Below are positions 1-13,775 of a stretch of 64,000 nucleotides of DNA, one piece after another. This DNA is from Podarcis melisellensis. Its lineage: Eukaryota. The stretch's first letter is position 1. Each line of letters starts with the position of its first letter. Under the pieces are notes generated by a model. That model saw only the letters and a program-made list of their open reading frames with translations. It searched no databases and was not told the origin of the DNA. The DNA lies in assembly GCA_964234715.1 (NCBI GenBank), contig OZ174289.1, one strand, 5' to 3'. Made by a program: the position numbers and the translations under genes.

Positions 1-2679
1 AGACATGATGGCCATACAATACCTTCAAGACTAGAAGCAGAAAGCCTCTGATTACCAGCTGGCTAGGGAACAATGGCGGGAGACTGCTTTGTGCTCATGT
101 CCTGCTTGTGAGAATGGAAGGATGGACTGGGCCAGCCCAAGATGTTATGGCATTTGAGGCAAATCACAAAATGGTGACCACCCCCACCAGGGAACAAGGG
201 GTGAGTGAAGATCTACATAGGGAACAAGAGTAAGAGGAGACCAACAACACTTCCTATTCAACAAGAGGCAGCTGCACAGCAGCAGCAGCAGCAGCAGCAG
301 GTGTTGTATTCCTTGGAGGCTGGATCTGCTGCCCCTGTGGATCCTGCCATCTGAGGCAGTCACTTCACCTTGCCCTCACGGGTGGGGTGGGCTGGCCTTG
401 CTTCTAGCAAAGCCCTTCTTCTGTTCACATGATCCTATGCACATGGTTTATAGAGCTTGTTTTATATGGATTTTGGGGAGGGGATTTGATTTGTCAAATG
501 GTTGCTGTTTTTTATTGTTTTATCCTGTAAAACACTATGAAGTTTTATGAACAGCAACTCACCATCCAAGGGCTCCCCCTTGCTATGCACCAACCACCTG
601 TCCCCCATTCCCAGGCAAAAACGAGGCCAAGAGAGCTCAACACTTGACCTCAGATACTTCCATGTATGCACTAGACATTCTGGATTTCCACTTCTCAACA
701 TCAGGTCTCTTGCCAGATCCACACCTTCCCCAACATTTCAGATTTTCCAGTGGGGCATGCTTGCTACTAGGGCTGCTCATTGGGTGTTTTTTCCACCCCT
801 GGACAGTGGATAAAAATATCACTTTGCCATGCTGGTGGGAGCAACAAGCAGAAGTGTCCGTTAGGTGAGAAGAGGCCTGAGTTGGCACTGCGGAACGCGT
901 ACTGAGAAACACAGCACGGTAAGGCATATGGTCTACTATGGAAGTGACAATATAGACCACTGCTCACTGGAACACAAAGGGATTGTGTTTATTACTAACA
1001 AGGTGTCCCATTGGGTTAAAGGACCTGCCTGATAGCTGTGAGCCAAATCATCCCTGGTCTGGCTCCAGGCTGGGCAACCAAGCCTCCTACAATTACAGCC
1101 ACACTGTGCCAAGCAAAGGCTGACAAACAAGTTCTTACAGTAAAAGCTTTTGTTCAATTTATTTTAAAAGGAGGGGCCAAATCAGAATTAGAGAAGATTT
1201 TGAATCTTACAAATGGCTATTGTTGTTTTCTGCAAAAGGAATTTGCTTCTGAAACTAAAGATTCCTCTCACACCCCCACAGCCACAATTGCTTCAGACAA
1301 ACTAGGAGGCAGAATTGAGTCTTTTGTGTTTGTAACTCTGGCCTGCGGAATTCAGAAGGTGTTTAGGCACATTCTCCTTAAGAAAATTCTCCCCCTTCCC
1401 TGCTCTAGGCTTGTCGTCCCCCCCCCCCGCCCCGCTACCCCCCCCCAGGCCCAGGTTCTGGCTCCCTGCCTATTCCAGATGTTGAGCAATGGGTGTGTGC
1501 ACAGTGTCCAATTCAACAAGGCCCTGGGCATAGCCAGTGACCCAAGGCTCTTCTAGCAATGTAACTATCTAAAAAAAAGGGGGGGAGAAGAGAGAAGGGG
1601 AGAAACTCTAACACAGTTGGATCTTAATTTCATTTTTAAAAGTCTTCCTTCTGGGCACATGTCAGAGCCATTTACAAGGCCAGTTGAGACAAGTCCCGAG
1701 CTTCCCTCCAACCGCAATAATCTTTGAGCAAAAGCCAGGAGGGCGGGAGGAGAAGCAGAAGCAAGCACCCTATTCTGATCTATTTTCCAATTACCCACAA
1801 ACAGAATTCCTCCCCGCTCTCCCTTTCGGATGCTGCTTCCTGTCTTGGGCTGCTGCTGGCCCCCCAACGCATTAGACCTGCATCAGCAATAACAGTGCTC
1901 AGAAACAAATTCGCCTTCTGTCTCGGCCCATCGAGGCAATTGCTGAAATCAATGTCTGATCAGATTTCTGCTGTGGCAGACAGCTTGTCGCTACATATTT
2001 TTATGTCAGTCAAGAAGAGGGAGGCGCAGGCCTCGTGAGTTGGGGGGACACTGAGTGGAAGTGACGGGCGCAGGCCTTACTGGCGCTTGCTGGAGCAAGG
2101 CAGGCTGACTCCGAGCGCTCCCGGCACATGATAGCCTTTGCAGGGATCTCTTCCTATGCCCAATACACCTCCCCACCAAACAGGAAAGGTTAGAGCATGG
2201 GTACGTTGTTGGCAATATGGCCTTCCACCAAAGCAAGTGGCAGAAGAACCATTGCTCCACTCTGTCAGTAGTACCTTACTGTGCAGAACATGGAGAAAAG
2301 AGCAGTAACACCCACAGATCACAAGCTTGCGAAGGTAAAAGGCACCCTCTGCTTACTCTTCCTGCTCTCTTTTAGTGTGTTTAAATTATCGTTTTTATCT
2401 TCCCTCCCAACGTATGTAAATCTACTTAAGAGAAGAGAGAAAACTCTCATGCAGATACGAGTCTAAAGATATTCCATCTGAAGTAAACATCATTCCCTCT
2501 TTATCCAAATTTATAAACAACAAATGTACAATATTTTTACTCGCCTTGGCAGCTGGGGGAGAGGTTGTCAGCTAGCATTTATCCTCTCCCTCTCTCTCTC
2601 TCTCTCTCCCCCCCCACCCCAAATAAATTAATCCTTACTCTGGTGGTTTGAGATTATGCACTGTATAATACAACAGTGC

Positions 2680-2827
2680 NNNNNNNNNNNNNNNNNNNNN
2701 NNNNNNNNNNNNNNNNNNNNNNNNNNNNNNNNNNNNNNNNNNNNNNNNNNNNNNNNNNNNNNNNNNNNNNNNNNNNNNNNNNNNNNNNNNNNNNNNNNNN
2801 NNNNNNNNNNNNNNNNNNNNNNNNNNN
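2680..2827. other. Assembly gap; others at 35274-35437, 53749-54064 and 62591-62745
   Basis: Runs of N. Confidence 1.
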
Positions 2828-3371
2828 AAAAGGCTTTTTATATGGTTTGTTGTGGGTTATTATGAGTTATTTATAAACCCCCAAAAAGAAAGATTTGACA
2901 TTTCAAATGGAAAAAGATTTGAGTATTTAATGGGACTTCTCTCCCCCCCCCCCCATTTTGAATGTCTTCAATCACATTTTAAATCATTAATATTTACTCT
3001 TGTGGCAAGTGGAAGACTGGGGGTGGGGGTGGGGAAGGAGAGTGGGGAGAGAAAAGGCCTCTGAATCTCTCTCAGGCTATATAGTATTTTATAGACATCA
3101 CTTCCATCCCTTCATAGCCTGGCTTATTGTTTGCAGGTTCTGTTCCTGCCTCATCAACCATTCTTACACAGCACCAAGGTGGGTATTCACAGCTGTGCAC
3201 TGGTGCTGAAGATGTGAGAATGTGCTTGTTTACCATATGATTGCCAAAGGATGCTTTTTATTCACAGGTAATGCTTGAATAATTCACAAAACCACCCAAA
3301 GGATGGTGAGTCATATTTATATAGCGCTTGACACATCCAGGGGTGTCCCAAAGCAATTGCAGTAATAAAAT

Positions 3372-3398
3372 ACACACACACACACACACACACACACA
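3372..3398. repeat. (CA)n microsatellite; others at ~22428-22454 and ~50294-50323
   Basis: Read directly. Confidence 0.95.
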
Positions 3399-6300
3399 TA
3401 TGGAAAAGATTAACGTGAAAGTGCTCATTAAAGGAAAAGGAATCTAAAGCAGTGCAAAATGTCCACACAGACCCTCCAGGCAGGATGAACACCAGTAGCC
3501 ACCAAAAGCCGTAGAGCAGACGCTCCTTCTTCCTACGGTGGTGTGTTCCCTTGTTGTGTTCATTCTCCAGGTTGCCTTGGGAATGTGACCAAGATCTCCT
3601 TTGTGAGTTCTACACAATTGCTCCCATACCACTGCATGTATGCTTAAAGGCTTCTGACCATGTGCTTGGTTTTTGATGTAATTTACTTGTCATGCAAGTG
3701 AAGGGTTTCCCAGAAGGCCAGAGATCACTTGTATGGTGAGCAAACATGAGAGTTAGGATGAAATCACGTAGGCAAGAAGCCATTGCACATACCCAGGGTG
3801 ATGTGGGACCAAATCCACAGCAGCGGCATCCATACCACTAAAGGGTAAAAGGGAACTTCAATCTGCCTCTCAAGACTCAAAGGATATAATAATCTTGGCT
3901 TTAGAATTCTACCTCCATGAACTTGGTAGGGCTGAATGCATCTGACCAAGTCCATCCAATCCTGCCTCTGCATGGGGACATATAGTCCATTCTGTTGATT
4001 CCCATGCAGACTTTTTAGGATAATTCCATAAAATCTTTAAAACTTTGTATGCAGATAAGCAAATTTTATGTTGCAAACCACCTGTGATCTTTGGATGAAG
4101 TGCTATATAAATGTAATCAATAATGATGATAAAACTGATTAAATAAATTTTAAGACGTTATATAGGCAGGTTCTACATACTAAGTGATTTATAGGCTGTG
4201 TTTTGTTTGTTTTGCTTTTTCTCTTAGTTAAAAGGGTCAAGCTAAGAGCAGCTTTGAAGCACAGCACCTCCACCACACCAAGTAAGTGCTGCAGGCAGTG
4301 GCATGCAGTATAATTTTCTATAGGCAAACAGTTAGGGCGGTACATGGGGCAGCCTCGCCCACCCCCATACAATGTTTCTTTGTATGTACAATTACATCAG
4401 AAGTGATGTGCGGCTCCTAATGTAACAACAAATGTCTCACAACAAATGAAACTGACCTGTAGAAAATGTAACTTGAAAAAAGAAGTGATGTGTGGCTGCT
4501 CCCTATCGTATTTAAAAAGGCATTTTTACCCAGCCCAGTGGAGGTGCTGCAGTTAAGAAAAAATATAAAGGAACTCATAGACAACCTTGTTAGTAGAGCC
4601 TCAAGTTACAGATTGTAACAATGCTTTGAAAGGTTCATAGAGCTGTGGACTAAACCACAAAGCTATGCCCTACTCCCAGTATTGCTTGAAAGTTTGCGCC
4701 AAACTGTGGAGTGAATAAGACCCTCCCCCGCATCCCCAGAGCACAGGGTTTGGGACCTGTATGTGGCTTTAGAACTCTATTCCTGCCATGGACTTGGACA
4801 AATAATTCATCCTTCCTCAACTTTGTGTCACATACAGGAGGTCACAGTCTTGCATCCCGCAATAGTCCACAAGAACTGCAACTGCTGAGATTATCAACTT
4901 ACACTTTAATGGGCTGCACCAATTCAGACTGGTGGGAAGGGCTTACATGACAGAATGCTCATTTATATACCTCAAGTATTTGCTTTACATAGAAAACTAG
5001 AATGTCAGTGAGAAAGCTAGGCTATAGCACCTCACCCTGATTTCTAGTTTTTTATGTGCAGAGAATGTACAGGGGAACATCAACCATGCAAGCCCCTACC
5101 TGCGACCTGAAGAGGTATAGCCCAGACCCAAGTTTTCCACCTTGATGTCAACGAAGTTAAAGACTGCATGTTCTGTACTCACAGTCCAGGAAGGGGATTA
5201 GAACCCCCACCTCATCCAAAATCATGCCCTGACAAGGTGAGGAAGTCCACCTTTTTACTCCATGAGAAATAAGAAGAAAAAAAGAAAGGAAAAAAAAGAG
5301 AGAGAAAGAGATTAAATGATACAGAATGGAAACTATCTTTAGTAAGCAGCCCTTGGTTTTTTAACTGAAACATGGTATAATATGGACTTGACTGAACAGC
5401 ACTTTTTATATCATACAAGATTAAAATTGCTACATAAATAATTAATAACCATGACTCAATGGTGCCACCCATGTCCTAGATTTAGCTTGAACCACAGACA
5501 CATCCTTTCTGTTAATGAATAACAAGGACAAATAACTTTTATGAAGAAAATTATAGCCTTCTAGGAAATGCTACAATGGATTCATTATCATCAATTTGAA
5601 GGGCAGGCTGACCCCCTTGGGTGAGAAAAGTTGATCCATGGGAATTTTTCCCAGAGTGTATTAAGCCAAACCCACTAACTTGTCCTAGTTTCCCATTTGA
5701 TTATCTTATTTTGCCTGCTGTTCTACAGGTAAAAGAAAGCAGGGAAGGACCTCAGATGCACACCACCCACACGGGATCTCTACTTGTGTGCCTGATTCAC
5801 ATTTTGACGTCTTTGCCAAAGACTCTACAAAGGTGGAAGGGATAGATCACATGACAGCCGTACACACTTCAGGAATGGGCACTCTCCTGGAAAACAAAGG
5901 AGATATAGGGACACGGGAAGCTGCATTACACAGAGTTGTCCATTGGTCTGTCAAGCAGCTTTCCAGGTTTTCAGTCAGAAAAACTTCCTTAGCCCTACAT
6001 GGAATTGTTCTGCCACTGGGTGACGGCCCTTCCCCAATACTTAAGCTTCTAATAGAGTGACTTTTAACACCCCTACCCCTCAGAAGAGACATTGTCAGTC
6101 CATAAGAAAGTTGTTAGGGGTATGGACCACTCCCTACTTATTGATTTGGGTGAGGTGAGGTAGGGGACATACAGTGCATGAGACCACCTTAGAGGGAAAA
6201 GTCTCATCTGGCAGCAGCAGCACTTTGTGAGTTTGTTAGTTGTGATATATGAAGGCCAGGGTGCCCTTGATATTTTTTGACTTGCAACACCACAAACATA

Positions 6301-7796
6301 TTTAACGCTATGGCTACAGGCTATGGGCTATAGGCCTATACGTTTTACCGTCTCTTACCAAATTCATACTGAAATTTCCATCTGCTGATTTTTTACATCT
6401 TCTCAGATAAACACTACTCTGCACACACATTCATCCCTCTAGGTTTAATTTATTTGTTACCTTTGTATTCTGGCTTTCTATCAAAATGGCACTCAAGGTG
6501 ACTAAAAACAGTAATATAAAAAGTAAAAACGAAAACATGTACATGAAAACATATGTAGAAGCAAATGCACGTTTGCAGTGGCTGAGTCAACTAATGAAGC
6601 CTGCGGTGTGTTTGAAGAACAACAACAAGCAGAAGGTCATCAGAAGGGTGCCTAGATGGGCCTCTCTCGGCAAGAAGCTCCATAGCTTATTAGTTATTTT
6701 ATTATATACTGCCTTTCTACCATGGCTGTTAGGAACAGACACAGAGAACCAGAGAATTGTAAAGTTGGAAGGGACCACAAGGATCATCTAGTCCAGCCCC
6801 CTGCAGTGCAGGAATCTTGTGCCCAGAATGGTACTCAAACCCTGGGATTAACAGTCTCATGCATGAACGCTCAAGGTATCCCAGCCTTATAAGTTCAGGT
6901 GTTGGTTGTACATAACAAATGGCCCCTTGAAGATCTTAAAACCTTTAATGGGGGAACACTGTCTTCCAGAAAATGCAAGTAGCATAGGTTTGTAGGTAAG
7001 AGTCAGCACTTTGAATTGTGTCCCAGATACAGACTGGCAACCAGTGAAGCTCTTGGTACATGGGATACATGTTCTGTAGGTTTCTCTAATGCTTCAAACC
7101 TGTAAATAAAATGTATGACCACAGAGAAGAGCATGTCAAAAGAGGAAGTTATGAGAGCTAGAGCCAGGTTGGGGGTGGGGTGGGGGGAGGTCCTAGCAAA
7201 GTGCCCTGGAGTGACTTCCCCATCCATGCTGGTGGCCTTGGCCAGTTGTTTGCCCACCCAGCTCTGGGCTTAACTGGGGGCAGCAGCTACAGCTGGAAAA
7301 CCATCTGCCATTTTAATTTTCCCACAGTTAGCAGGTAGAAAATTCAAACAGCACCCAAGGTGAGCAGTGGCAGGTGTTTGGATCTCAGCAGCTGCTCATG
7401 GATGCTGGGCACTGCTGCTTTCCCTAGAAATAGCGCTTCCAACAAAGTAAACCTTTTGAAAGTAATAAACCCAATGAATGTTCATTTGTTTCAATGAGTC
7501 TACTCTTAATAAAACATAGTTGAATGCAATCAATTCTCTGTTACCTAGCTTCATCTTACACAGGGTAGCATTCTTGTTTGCATCACCAAGAGGAGGCTTG
7601 GAAAGAACTTTTCATCTCATTGGGACAAGGAGCTTCCTCTCCTAGAGAGCCCTTGTGTGCCCCACACTATGAAGCTCAAGTCCACAGCATAGGAAAATAG
7701 CATTAACAAATGCTGCAATAATACATGTATCAGTGACTCCATTTGCCCAACACCATGCATGCTGCTCTCCAAACAACTGTTGCCAATGGTACTCAC

Positions 7797-7886
7797 ATTT
7801 AAATTATGTGGACTGTACAGCGAATTTCCTCCCAAGCCATCACTGTATCCTCCCGTCTGATTGATAACATGACGCAGTGTATCCAC
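7797..7886 (-). CDS. PBX3: PBX3 coding exon 8
   Basis: VDTLRHVINQTGGYSDGLGGNSLYSPHNLN. Acceptor cccttgcag|GTG, donor AAT|gtgagt, 90 nt. Confidence 0.96.
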
Positions 7887-9512
7887 CTGCAAGGGCAGAT
7901 GAGCAAACAAGAATAATCTCATCATTAAAAAAAAAAAAAATCTACCAGCACACTAACACTTAAAATTCAAAATTATTTCTAACATGGAAAAGAATGGGGT
8001 GGGGGTTGATGGTGATGTGAGAGAGAGAGTTTCACAGAAAGACAAGCCTATCAATCTAGGGCAAGTGGCACATGCTTGTATGATAACTGAACGCACATGC
8101 TAAAAAAACACACATAAGGAGGCACAACTTTACTCAGGAGGATATGTAGTGTACCATAGATTTCCTTTGGGATCCGCAATGAAAGCCCTGTGTCCCTACC
8201 ATATCCAAAACAAGTTGCAGAGCCATCCTCAAGACTAAAATTGATGCCCTTCATAGGGCAAGGGGCTTGGCTCAGGGTGAGCTGCTACTGCATGTCTTGG
8301 CATTGCTCTCTCTACTGCTGATTCCTTTAAACTGGCAGCACAGTTCTGAGAATTATGGACAGTATAAGAGGGTAAAGTGCAGGGTACTGGAGCAGGGAAT
8401 TTGCAACTTGCCTGTATTTACTGCTTCAGGGTGGTTTACAGAACTAGGGGGGCAGGCAGAATGTTCAGTTTGGTGAGATGGCAGGAGGAAGTTGCTTTGG
8501 CACATGACAAGGTTTTTCAGGATAACAGCTGGGGGTTGCTAAGACCCAGCAAGAGAGGGGGAACTGTGATTTACAGGCAATGAAGGGATTTGGGGAAGAG
8601 AACTGCAAAATGAACAAGGTTATTCATTTTAGACACCAAATACTACCTCCCCTCTCCCCGAACTGGCCATTTCTTTGTGGAAAACGTATATTGCCCTTAG
8701 GTGCCTACTGCGTGGGGACATTTGACCCTGTCTAACACCCCTTGTTTAGACACTACTGCACTAAAAACAGGGGGTGGGGATCCAAATGGTGTCCTGCAAT
8801 CGAGATAAATTATGTCTTTGAAGCTCATGTGCATATACTCATATGGCACACATTTCTACTTCTGCTAGCCAAGTTAGAGGACCAGACACTATTCAGAGCA
8901 CTGAAACAGTATCCCTTAAACTAACAAAGACCTGATATTATATCATGGGATTTCATAGCCAAATTTTTTACAGTGCCAGACTTTTGGTCATGCGCCATTG
9001 CAGAAAATACACAGATCTGGAGGTCCTAGATGAACAGGTTAATCTTGTTTGAATGAAAACTGAGAACACAATGCATTTAAACACACACACACATACACAC
9101 ACAGCTCAGCTATATCAGTTTTTGAAATTAAAATATGTAACAAAGGGAGATTCCATAAACAAAGCAAAAAAAGAAGTCACAATAAATAAAAGCTTTAGTG
9201 TTGATAGCCAAACAACACACCCAACCCAACGCCATGAGCTCAAGCCAGAGCCGAACTGCATTCACAAAGCTTGAAAAGTTTCAGATTGGGGAGAGGGAGG
9301 AAGCCAGCTCTTTTCATTGGCAAGATTCAGTGCTGTGAGGAGCCAACATTGATCAATTTTTGTAATAAGTGGGAAGGCCCAATTAAAAGGTGAAAATTGT
9401 TGTTGGATTGTTTTTGTTTGTTTGCCTTTTATTTTTATCCTCTTTTAAAATAAAGCCCAAACCATTCCCTGCTAAAGAGGCCTTAATCGGGGGAGGGGCG
9501 TTTTTCTCCTAC

Positions 9513-9625
9513 CTGTGATTGCACATTGGCTCCGACTTGGGACCCCTGGTAAGAATCCCCATTCAGACTCTGCATGTTCATGAACATGTCCCCAGAATTA
9601 GGGAGGTTAAAAGAACCTGAAGAAC
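9513..9625 (-). CDS. PBX3: PBX3 coding exon 7 (113-nt cassette exon distinguishing a/b isoforms)
   Basis: (G)[37 protein letters not shown]. Acceptor ctttccag|GT, donor CAG|gtagg, 113 nt. Confidence 0.95.
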
Positions 9626-9725
9626 CTGGAAAGGAAAGAGTTAAGTAGCTGAATAAAAGAGAGTGGCAAACATCATATGTCTACCCCAAAAGACCTCCAA
9701 AAAGACAAGGGGAATAAGGAGGATG

Positions 9726-9780
9726 AGAGAGGAGAGGAGAGGAGAGGAGAGGAGAGGAGAGGAGAGGAGAGGAGAGGAGA
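9726..9780. repeat. (GAGGA)n pentanucleotide microsatellite; (TCCTC)n on the PBX3 sense strand
   Basis: About 11 units, read directly. Confidence 0.95.
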
Positions 9781-12700
9781 AGGAAATCCTTTGCAGAGAA
9801 TGACACCCCATAAAATCAGAGGGCCACAGACTAAGAGAGATCAACACAAATGACTCAAATGAATTTCATGAAGCAGCATATAATATACCCCAAGTATTTC
9901 TGGACCCTTTAGATTAAAAAAAAAAAATGGGGCAAGATTTATGAAAGTCAGAGAGCTCTTAAAATCTAAAGTTCTTGATGGTCCTTTAAAAAGAAACACT
10001 CAAGCACTCAGATATCTTGAGGATTTTACATTCTTTACTTAAAATAATAGTGCCTTTCTTGAGCTACACCTATAGGCTCTGTTCAGATATAAACATACTT
10101 TAGTTTCTCAATTGCTTGGAATCTGAATGAGATAGGGAATTTAATTCATTATGTACTGAAGTACCAAGGGAAACAATGGGTGGAAATTTTCTGTGAAAAT
10201 CTGATTGGCTGGGAGTTGTCTCCAATGGTTGTCTCTGATTGGTCAAGGATTGTAACCCTGTGGTACGTAAACTTTGGGATGCGCGCGTGGCAAACCTGGA
10301 AGTATTTTACCGGGTTTCACCGTGCACACATGCGGAGAAGCAGTCCTGACTGCAACTGGAGGTACCACTGTATAAATCTCAACAGGTTTCCTAAGCAAAA
10401 CCTAGCTGGATACAACCGCAAGAGTGCCCAAGACAGTTTTCCTGCATATTTAATGGTTCATGTGAACAACTTCCTTGTGTAAGCAGTGCTATGTACACCT
10501 GTAAATAAGGATTTCCATCTTTCTCACTAGTTGCTGCGACAGCACATAGTGATTTCCCTTCCCAAGTTTACTGTTTGCTCAACTGGACTACTCATGTGAT
10601 CTGCTAAACACAAGTGGGTATGGTCAAACATAATGGAGCAAGCTAGTCCTTAGTAACACTCACTGTGTGACATTTCCACATGGGTACTTTTGGGGGGGAA
10701 AGTACTGCATTATGGCTGCCACACAGCTCTGAAGGTCCTTCTCCCAGGAGCTTTCTGAAACCAAACTTGTCTCAACATCTTCCAGTATTCTAAGATCTGG
10801 TTCATACATGCAGGCTTATCACTTTACCTTAAGGCACAGACTTCCATGGAATAAGCAAGGCTTTCCCATGTGAGAATGGGCCATCCAGTATGTTACGACT
10901 ACAGACAGAACTTTGGCAGCACCATCAGCACAACACTGCCTATGAATCCTCAAATGACAGTAAGTAAAGGCGGATAAATCAAGCAACATCCCTGCATGTG
11001 TGATTTGGCTGTAGGACCTTCATTCCAGGATGGGCTTTAGAAATTGGGTTCTTCATGCTGCTATGTGTTTACATGTAACGTTTCTCATTATAACAACTGT
11101 TAATACTAGGGAAGCAATGTTTAGCTGATTACACTGAATCAGTGACCCCTGTGAGTCAGGGAGGAGTTTTAAAATAATTTAAAAATATAAATGGCTATAA
11201 AAACTGGAAAATGGCAAGAATCACTTTAAAAGGAGCCTCTTAAAAGCACTCTCTTTTCTCTCTCACACAGAAGGGAATGTCTCTTCTAAGAGGATTCCTG
11301 CTATGGTGCCATCTAAAAGTGATTGTGTTTACCTGGATACTAATACATGCAAATTCATTTGATAGTTGATCAACTAAAACTCATAAGGTTAACTGATTAA
11401 CATTGATTTTAGCAGGCAGCAGCCCTAATAAATACTAATCTGGCTGTTTTATAATTCAGGCTCCCATAAGCAAAGAAATGTTAGTGGGAGCCAATTTCCC
11501 AGGGCAGTGGAGAAACAGACTTAAGGTCTTATAGTGCAGTTTTGCTCTGAATGCAAAAGAGCTGTTTTGTGCAGAAGTTCTTAGAAGCTACATGCACTGC
11601 CCCTCCCCAACCCCTAGGCAGTGGCTCCCTTTAGGTGCCATCACTAAATACCCAAGAAAAGTCTTATACTGAGCATGGGGGTTTAATGCCTCCTTAGGAT
11701 GGAAATGGCTGCTAATTGCTAATTAAGTTGATTTGTTCTCATCAGAAGAAGCCACCTCTTATTTAGTTTGTCACTTAGCTTTGCTATTTCTAGTTTTAAG
11801 GAGGCTCCTCTGTGGTTACACTGCATCAAAACAGAGCAGCATTTGCTTTGGTGCAAAAGGAAGAAGAGATGTCTCTTTGGACTACTGTTTTCTTGTTAGT
11901 ACTATATGCAATGGCACCACATTGCCAGGAAATCCTCACGAAAGAAATCGCAACAACAGACAACCTAATATTTGCTCACACTTCTTTCTTACTACTCTTA
12001 GAACTCATCCAGACTTTCCATGCAACTTGCTTTCCAGGCCCAGGTCCACGGTTTCTATGTCTGTCTCTGAGCAATTTTTTTTTGTCCCATCACTTTGCCT
12101 GGGAAAACCCACTGGTTACCACTGCAACAGAACAAATGGTAACTGGGTTTTCCATGGACTGCCATTCGTACTGATTCAGTGGTAAACAGGAGGTTTTACC
12201 CAGGAAAGCAGTGGAACTACAACAAAAACTGCTTGTAGATGGACCTGAAAAGCACAGACCTGTGCCTGGAAAGCACGGCCCAAGAGGAAGTCTGGATTAG
12301 ACCTAACACTTTATCAAGGAGAGCAGTTTTCAAGCTTGCTACCCCCAGGGGAAAACTGTATATATTAGATGGTCTACAATGGAACCTCTCAGTATTGAAA
12401 GGGGTTCTAGGGTGTAACTCTTGCTTCTTGGCATTTGCAAAGTGTGACTGCATCCTTGGACAAAGGAGATCAGCCTTCCCATGGCTACACATTGCTGAGA
12501 AACATCTAAAACAGCAGACAAGATACTCAGAAAGAACAATCATGGAAGAGTAAGGCACCACAATACTACTCACTAAGTGTGATTGCTCCCAGCCTTTCTC
12601 CTTAACCCTGAAGGGTAGGAGGTAGAGACTGTCCCACAGATACTTGGGCTTCTGAGATACTCAAGAGGGCCTAAGAAGCCCAAACAACCATATGGGCAAT

Positions 12701-13609
12701 CCCCTCCATCCTGTTTGGCTAAGGTGGAGAAGAGGGCTGTTCCTTTGGAAGTTAAGTGCTTGGTCAGGTACAATCCCCCACTGACTTCACCAGCTGCATG
12801 ATTAAAGGTGTCAAAAGGACCAGAAGATTATCCCTCACTCTGTACTGTTTCAGAGGTACAATGTAAGTTCAGCTAATGCTATCCCCCATTTCTGTTGGCT
12901 ACCAACGATAGACCAAATTTGGGGGCTCAGAAACACAATGTGGGTGGAAAACACTGACCATTAATTGTTTATTTGCTATTCTGTTATTTGTTATTCACAG
13001 AACACTGTGAAATGAGATAGCCCAACCATTGTTTTCCTGAAATAAAACCGAGGAAGCATCTACAGGAAAGAAAAAGTGTTCCAAACACTTACCCCACCCC
13101 ACTGTGTTTGAAATAAAACTCTTATGCAAGGCCAATTTTCCACATCAAATCTTTAAGGAAAGGGTGTGCTTCAGCAAGTCCCTTTTAAAGTATGTACTTG
13201 CCTTGGGTCTTTGTAACTATGCTGGTTTTTCAAAGGAACAATGGAAGGCTTACAAGAATTCTAACAGCTCAGTGTGAATTCACTGGCTACATAATTTTAC
13301 AAAACAAGGCCTGAGTTTCCAAAATATAATAATTTAAACTAGCCTGCCAGACCTTTAGCTGTGTGTCTGCTGTTCTGGAATGCGTCAAGAAACTGATAGT
13401 TCACCCAACTTTTCATTTAAATGAACTCCCAGGGCTGCATGCTAAGGCAATGCAGGGTGCAGCTTAAGAGAAAAAAGTCTCACCCCAAGAAGTCAATAAG
13501 CTATGAAAGAGAATTTCTGCTCCTTCGAGAGAAATACCCACCTCCCACTTCCAGCTTTGCTTTTAACATGTGAACCAGGTCATGCCATGAAGAAGAGGCT
13601 GGTACATAC

Positions 13610-13775
13610 CAGAATTTGGTGTGGTGGGTGAATTTGTCTGGTTGTTTTGGACAGCTGCCGCCACAGCATGCGCAGCTGTCACTGCTGTTTTTGCTGCATA
13701 AAGGTTGGCTTCTTCCTGAAATTTCCCTATGTTCTTCTTGTACCTGATTCTCTTGTTGCCAAACCAGTTGGATAC
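13610..13775 (-). CDS. PBX3: PBX3 coding exon 6 (homeodomain helix 3, [11 protein letters not shown])
   Basis: [55 protein letters not shown](G). Acceptor tgtggcag|GTA, donor G|gtatgt, 166 nt. Confidence 0.97.

Noticed and set aside
1038-1556. 172-aa + strand ORF
   Set aside because: Non-ATG start, runs through poly-C tracts, no recognisable homology; intronic and antisense.
7003-7098. Acceptor-like ttttatttacag|GTTTGA downstream of exon 8 as an alternative last exon
   Set aside because: Would read Val-stop, has no similarity to the PBX3 C-terminus and no other support.
9573-9588. Perfect palindrome CATGTTCATGAACATG in exon 7
   Set aside because: Largely dictated by the Met-Phe-Met-Asn-Met codons.
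11733-12573. Several 100-150 aa ORFs
   Set aside because: No recognisable protein motifs; probably decayed repeat or random intron sequence.
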